Origin: Barthelona sp. PCE
Lineage: Eukaryota
Assembly: GCA_040285745.1 (NCBI GenBank)
Contig: JAUFOR010000004.1
Location: 1,302,001 to 1,366,000 of the forward strand
Length of the DNA: 64,000 bases
Direction: 5' to 3'
How positions within the stretch are numbered: the first letter of the stretch is position 1; each line of letters starts with the position of its first letter. The translations under genes were made by a program, and so were the position numbers. Positions 60,698-64,000 of the stretch are shown here, piece after piece. Under the pieces are notes generated by a model, which saw only the letters and a program-made list of their open reading frames with translations, did not search any database and had not been told where the DNA came from.

Positions 60698-63600
60698 ATG
60701 TCGGCACACAGTTCAGAGTTGTTTGCGACGTTTTCAAAAATTTTTGAGGGAGACATTCATTACTTCTGTCAGACTTTGTCGAAGAAGGAGGGTATATTCG
60801 GTCTTCACGACCTGAGCAGATTCCGCTCATTCTATTTAAGCAATTCATATCGTGATGATAACTATAGCATTGCATTTATTCTTGATTTACACTCTAGTTT
60901 TGTTAAATTTTTTATTCAAAAGTCACCAATATCAATCTTTAGGTCCTTTAATGTGCACCACTATGATATAGAACCTTCCAGAGTGCATGATTTCAGCAAA
61001 ATTCAAATTATTTTGGAAACTATGACATCTATTCAGTTATTGGATTTTGAACTTAATTTAGATTATTTTTGTGTTGTTTTTCTAACTAATCTTTTGAAAA
61101 AGAAGAACTTTCCTGATATATTGGCAGATCAACTTTTTAAGTTCATTAGTTACTTAATTGTCAAGAATCAGCTACTCAGTCTTATCATTTTTGAAGAGCC
61201 TAATCTGACAATTATTGAAAAAAAGCGCTTTTCTTTCAATCTTCGCATTCTGAAGGACTCTTTAAATGAGTTCCTTGTTAAAGTTACTGCTATGGATTCG
61301 ATAGTTATGAGTAGTTTTGCAATTTACTTACGAAACATCTTTCCTTCACAGTTGATTGTTGCAAATGAAGGAAGCAGCGATTCTGTTTCCCACATTAACA
61401 ATATATTTTGGCCTGCAATGGTTCTTTGTCTTACATCTCTTCAGTTTACTGCCAATGATATTCAACATGTTTTTTCTATTTTGGAGTTAATCACCATGAT
61501 TATCGGTGACGTTAATAACCTTGTGAGGAGCTTAGAGTTAGATAACGCTCGTTTATATCTAAAACATACAATATTTGAAGGAATATTTCAGTTTTTTAAT
61601 ACAAATTTTGATATTCTCATTCCGATGCTTAGAGACAATCACCCTCGATTAGAGCAGATGTGGAGCCTCATAGGGACATTGGAAGTGTTTATATCAAGGA
61701 ATTTAAGGAAGAAAAAATACAGCCTTCTTTGCTACAAAACTCATAGTTTGTTAATGTGTCTTAAGACGAAATTGGGTAATATCTCTGCACGTAAGTACTT
61801 TGATACAATCATTCAGATCGATTATCCTGAGCATATTGTTGGTGTTAATCTTTTTTTCGAACATAATCCAAAATTTATGTTATCTGAAGTAGTCATTGAG
61901 ACAATTAAGGTATTTACTGATCGCTTGAATGAGATGTGTGCGGAGGACCCTGAGAACTACGTTCTTCAAAGGCAGCTTGTCACTCTTTACAAATCGCTGT
62001 TTAGATGGCAGAGCGATTTCTTCTCACTTCATTACATCATTCCACTGTCCGATGATATGGGTAAATTCCACCCACTGATCACATATGCGGTGCTCGTTGC
62101 CATCAGTGACCTTGAATCGTTTCATGTCAAGTCGTACGCAGATGATCTGACGAGTGTAATTCAGTACATGATTGAACATATGTATAATCATGCAATGGTC
62201 GATATGCTTCCTGTATTCCTACACGATGAGAAACTTATGCAACGCGGTCGTATCAACTATAAATTCCCAGTTAGTGCATTTTCTGCATTAATGAAGTTGG
62301 TTCTTGTTTGTATCGATCAATTATCTATGAAACACATTGAGCTATTGAGCGATTTCTGCTTCATAGAGAACTCTATTTTGGTTAAGAGTATGTATGACTT
62401 TTTAATCGGAACAAACATGAAGACATTTTGTCTGTTCTTGCCTCATCTACTAACTCGAATGATGCTTGTACCACATGAGCACAACGGGCTTCTTGTACAG
62501 CTGTGGGACCTGATCGTTTATCGCGTTACAAAAACTGATGAGCTGGATGCGTTTGTTACACGAACGTTGGTGGAGTGCTATATTTTATCGTTCATTAAAC
62601 TTTCCCAACTGGGTGATTTGAACAATGTTTCGTTCTTGATGCGATATCCCAACGAAAGAGGACAGGTGAACGGGCAAGCTTTGTTACTTGTTTGGTTCTC
62701 AGAATTAAAAAAATTGTTTTTTCCAAAAATGTACATTCTCGAGAGTGATCTCTTAAAGGTTAAGGCTCATCCATGTGAAATGCAACACGTTTCTTTTATC
62801 GTTCACGCTCTTTCGTTGTACTCAAGTGAATACGGTTCCAAGTCAGCTAGATTTGTAAGTATTATGCGATACTACTTTAAACACAAGAGCATTGAGAGAA
62901 AGTCAGACGTCTGGTTTGTGCTTCCGCTCTCTCATCTCGACGCAACTCTATCAAAAAGCGTCTTGTTATTTAAGGCTGTTCCGTATGAAGATATACAAGA
63001 TAAGTTAACAGCAACATTTTGTGAACTGATGAAGAGAATGACAGATACTCGTAATAGTCACGTTAGAAGTATTATTCTCGAAGACAAGCTCACCTTTGAC
63101 CGTATTTTTGCGTTTATGCATGATAGATTTATTATTGATGAAATTTTGTTGAAACCTGAATTTTCCAATAATCATTTACTTTTACTTTCCTTACCTCACT
63201 CGATCCATTCGGATAAGACAATTGATGTGACACATCAAAAACCCAGTGATCTAGGGTTCATAACCCGAGTATTAGTGAATTCAGGAGAATTGCAGCATTT
63301 GCCAGTTTTATTTTCTCGTTTTGATGATTTAGACACTGAAACAATATTCATACTGTTTAATAATGTCAAATTCGATATCAAACTGTTCAGACACCTCATT
63401 TCATTCATGTTAAAAGAAGAAAAACCAGCTTATCACTACAAACTTTTTGTTCCTTATGTTCAAGACTTTTTGAATGCTTTCTTTAAGCACCACACGTCTA
63501 AAACACTGTTTACGCATCTGATCAACATTCTTAGATCTTCACCTGATGCGTACACTCTTCTGAATAGTGCAGAACTGTTTATTACCATCCTACTTGGTTT

Positions 63601-64000
63601 CCATTTAAAAGATAACGTCGATGACATCATCATGTATTATTCCACAGTATACGGGATTGCATTTGATGCGGTTAGTTCACTGCTCATTGGTGACCGATCA
63701 TTTCAGATTTCAGTACTCATAAAATTATTTTTGCCAACGAATCTTTGCGATTATCGCGAGCTCATCATGCTGAGTCTAAGTCTTTTGAAGAAGCGTGCGT
63801 TTGACAATGAGAAGAGGTACATTTTACACGAGATTGTCAGTCAAACATTTTCATACCTTGAGCTTAAAGATGATAATGGATTTTTCCAGTTATTTTTTGA
63901 TGTTTATTCCGTATATGACTTTGATTTACTCGATTTCAACAATATCATGTCGTTTTTCCTTAATGTATCAGATAGCTGTAATTACAGTTGTGCATATAGA
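60698..64000 (+). CDS. Large Leu/Phe-rich hypothetical protein (>1100 aa, probably alpha-solenoid); 3' truncated by window
   Basis: ATG at 60698 (MSAHSSELFATF); frame open at the start, at spot checks and at the window end; absent from the ORF track because there is no stop. Confidence 0.75.
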   Translation, partial: MSAHSSELFATFSKIFEGDIHYFCQTLSKKEGIFGLHDLSRFRSFYLSNSYRDDNYSIAFILDLHSSFVKFFIQKSPISIFRSFNVHHYDIEPSRVHDFSKIQIILETMTSIQLLDFELNLDYFCVVFLTNLLKKKNFPDILADQLFKFISYLIVKNQLLSLIIFEEPNLTIIEKKRFSFNLRILKDSLNEFLVKVTAMDSIVMSSFAIYLRNIFPSQLIVANEGSSDSVSHINNIFWPAMVLCLTSLQFTANDIQHVFSILELITMIIGDVNNLVRSLELDNARLYLKHTIFEGIFQFFNTNFDILIPMLRDNHPRLEQMWSLIGTLEVFISRNLRKKKYSLLCYKTHSLLMCLKTKLGNISARKYFDTIIQIDYPEHIVGVNLFFEHNPKFMLSEVVIETIKVFTDRLNEMCAEDPENYVLQRQLVTLYKSLFRWQSDFFSLHYIIPLSDDMGKFHPLITYAVLVAISDLESFHVKSYADDLTSVIQYMIEHMYNHAMVDMLPVFLHDEKLMQRGRINYKFPVSAFSALMKLVLVCIDQLSMKHIELLSDFCFIENSILVKSMYDFLIGTNMKTFCLFLPHLLTRMMLVPHEHNGLLVQLWDLIVYRVTKTDELDAFVTRTLVECYILSFIKLSQLGDLNNVSFLMRYPNERGQVNGQALLLVWFSELKKLFFPKMYILESDLLKVKAHPCEMQHVSFIVHALSLYSSEYGSKSARFVSIMRYYFKHKSIERKSDVWFVLPLSHLDATLSKSVLLFKAVPYEDIQDKLTATFCELMKRMTDTRNSHVRSIILEDKLTFDRIFAFMHDRFIIDEILLKPEFSNNHLLLLSLPHSIHSDKTIDVTHQKPSDLGFITRVLVNSGELQHLPVLFSRFDDLDTETIFILFNNVKFDIKLFRHLISFMLKEEKPAYHYKLFVPYVQDFLNAFFKHHTSKTLFTHLINILRSSPDAYTLLNSAELFITILLGFHLKDNVDDIIMYYSTVYGIAFDAVSSLLIGDRSFQISVLIKLFLPTNLCDYRELIMLSLSLLKKRAFDNEKRYILHEIVSQTFSYLELKDDNGFFQLFFDVYSVYDFDLLDFNNIMSFFLNVSDSCNYSCAYR

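Noticed and set aside
1-64000. tRNA, rRNA, CRISPR arrays, non-standard genetic code
   Set aside because: None seen; conserved genes end at TAA, TAG and TGA and read through without internal stops.

Overview
Gene-dense, intron-poor eukaryotic (protist) DNA using the standard code, with about 35 protein genes and intergenic gaps often under 100 bp. Housekeeping genes include a NAK kinase, Hop1/HORMA, Utp14, Prp19, an eIF2B subunit, Mon1, Fes1, Ufd1, a Ski2-like helicase, CPSF30, RPS20, Rab1-like GTPase, OLA1, profilin, DNA Pol epsilon, a WIP-like protein and a RhoGEF; ciliary-type genes suggest a flagellate. Five spliceosomal introns could be read directly. All have a branch point fused at fixed spacing to the 3' site (NCTHAYDTTTAG), as in metamonads; two are 39 nt and the three longer ones fold into hairpins leaving about 34-41 unpaired nt. 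The main structural feature is a ~4 kb inverted duplication (26650-30670 / 41466-45519) around a 10.8 kb housekeeping block. Each arm has a GC-rich Fe-alcohol dehydrogenase (identical proteins) and a ~700-aa unknown protein whose two copies alternate nucleotide-identical blocks with hypervariable patches. Several structured non-coding RNA candidates were also seen (26282-26614, 31551-31654, 18926-19027). All family calls come from motif recognition by eye, not database searches; the metamonad-like assignment is inference.
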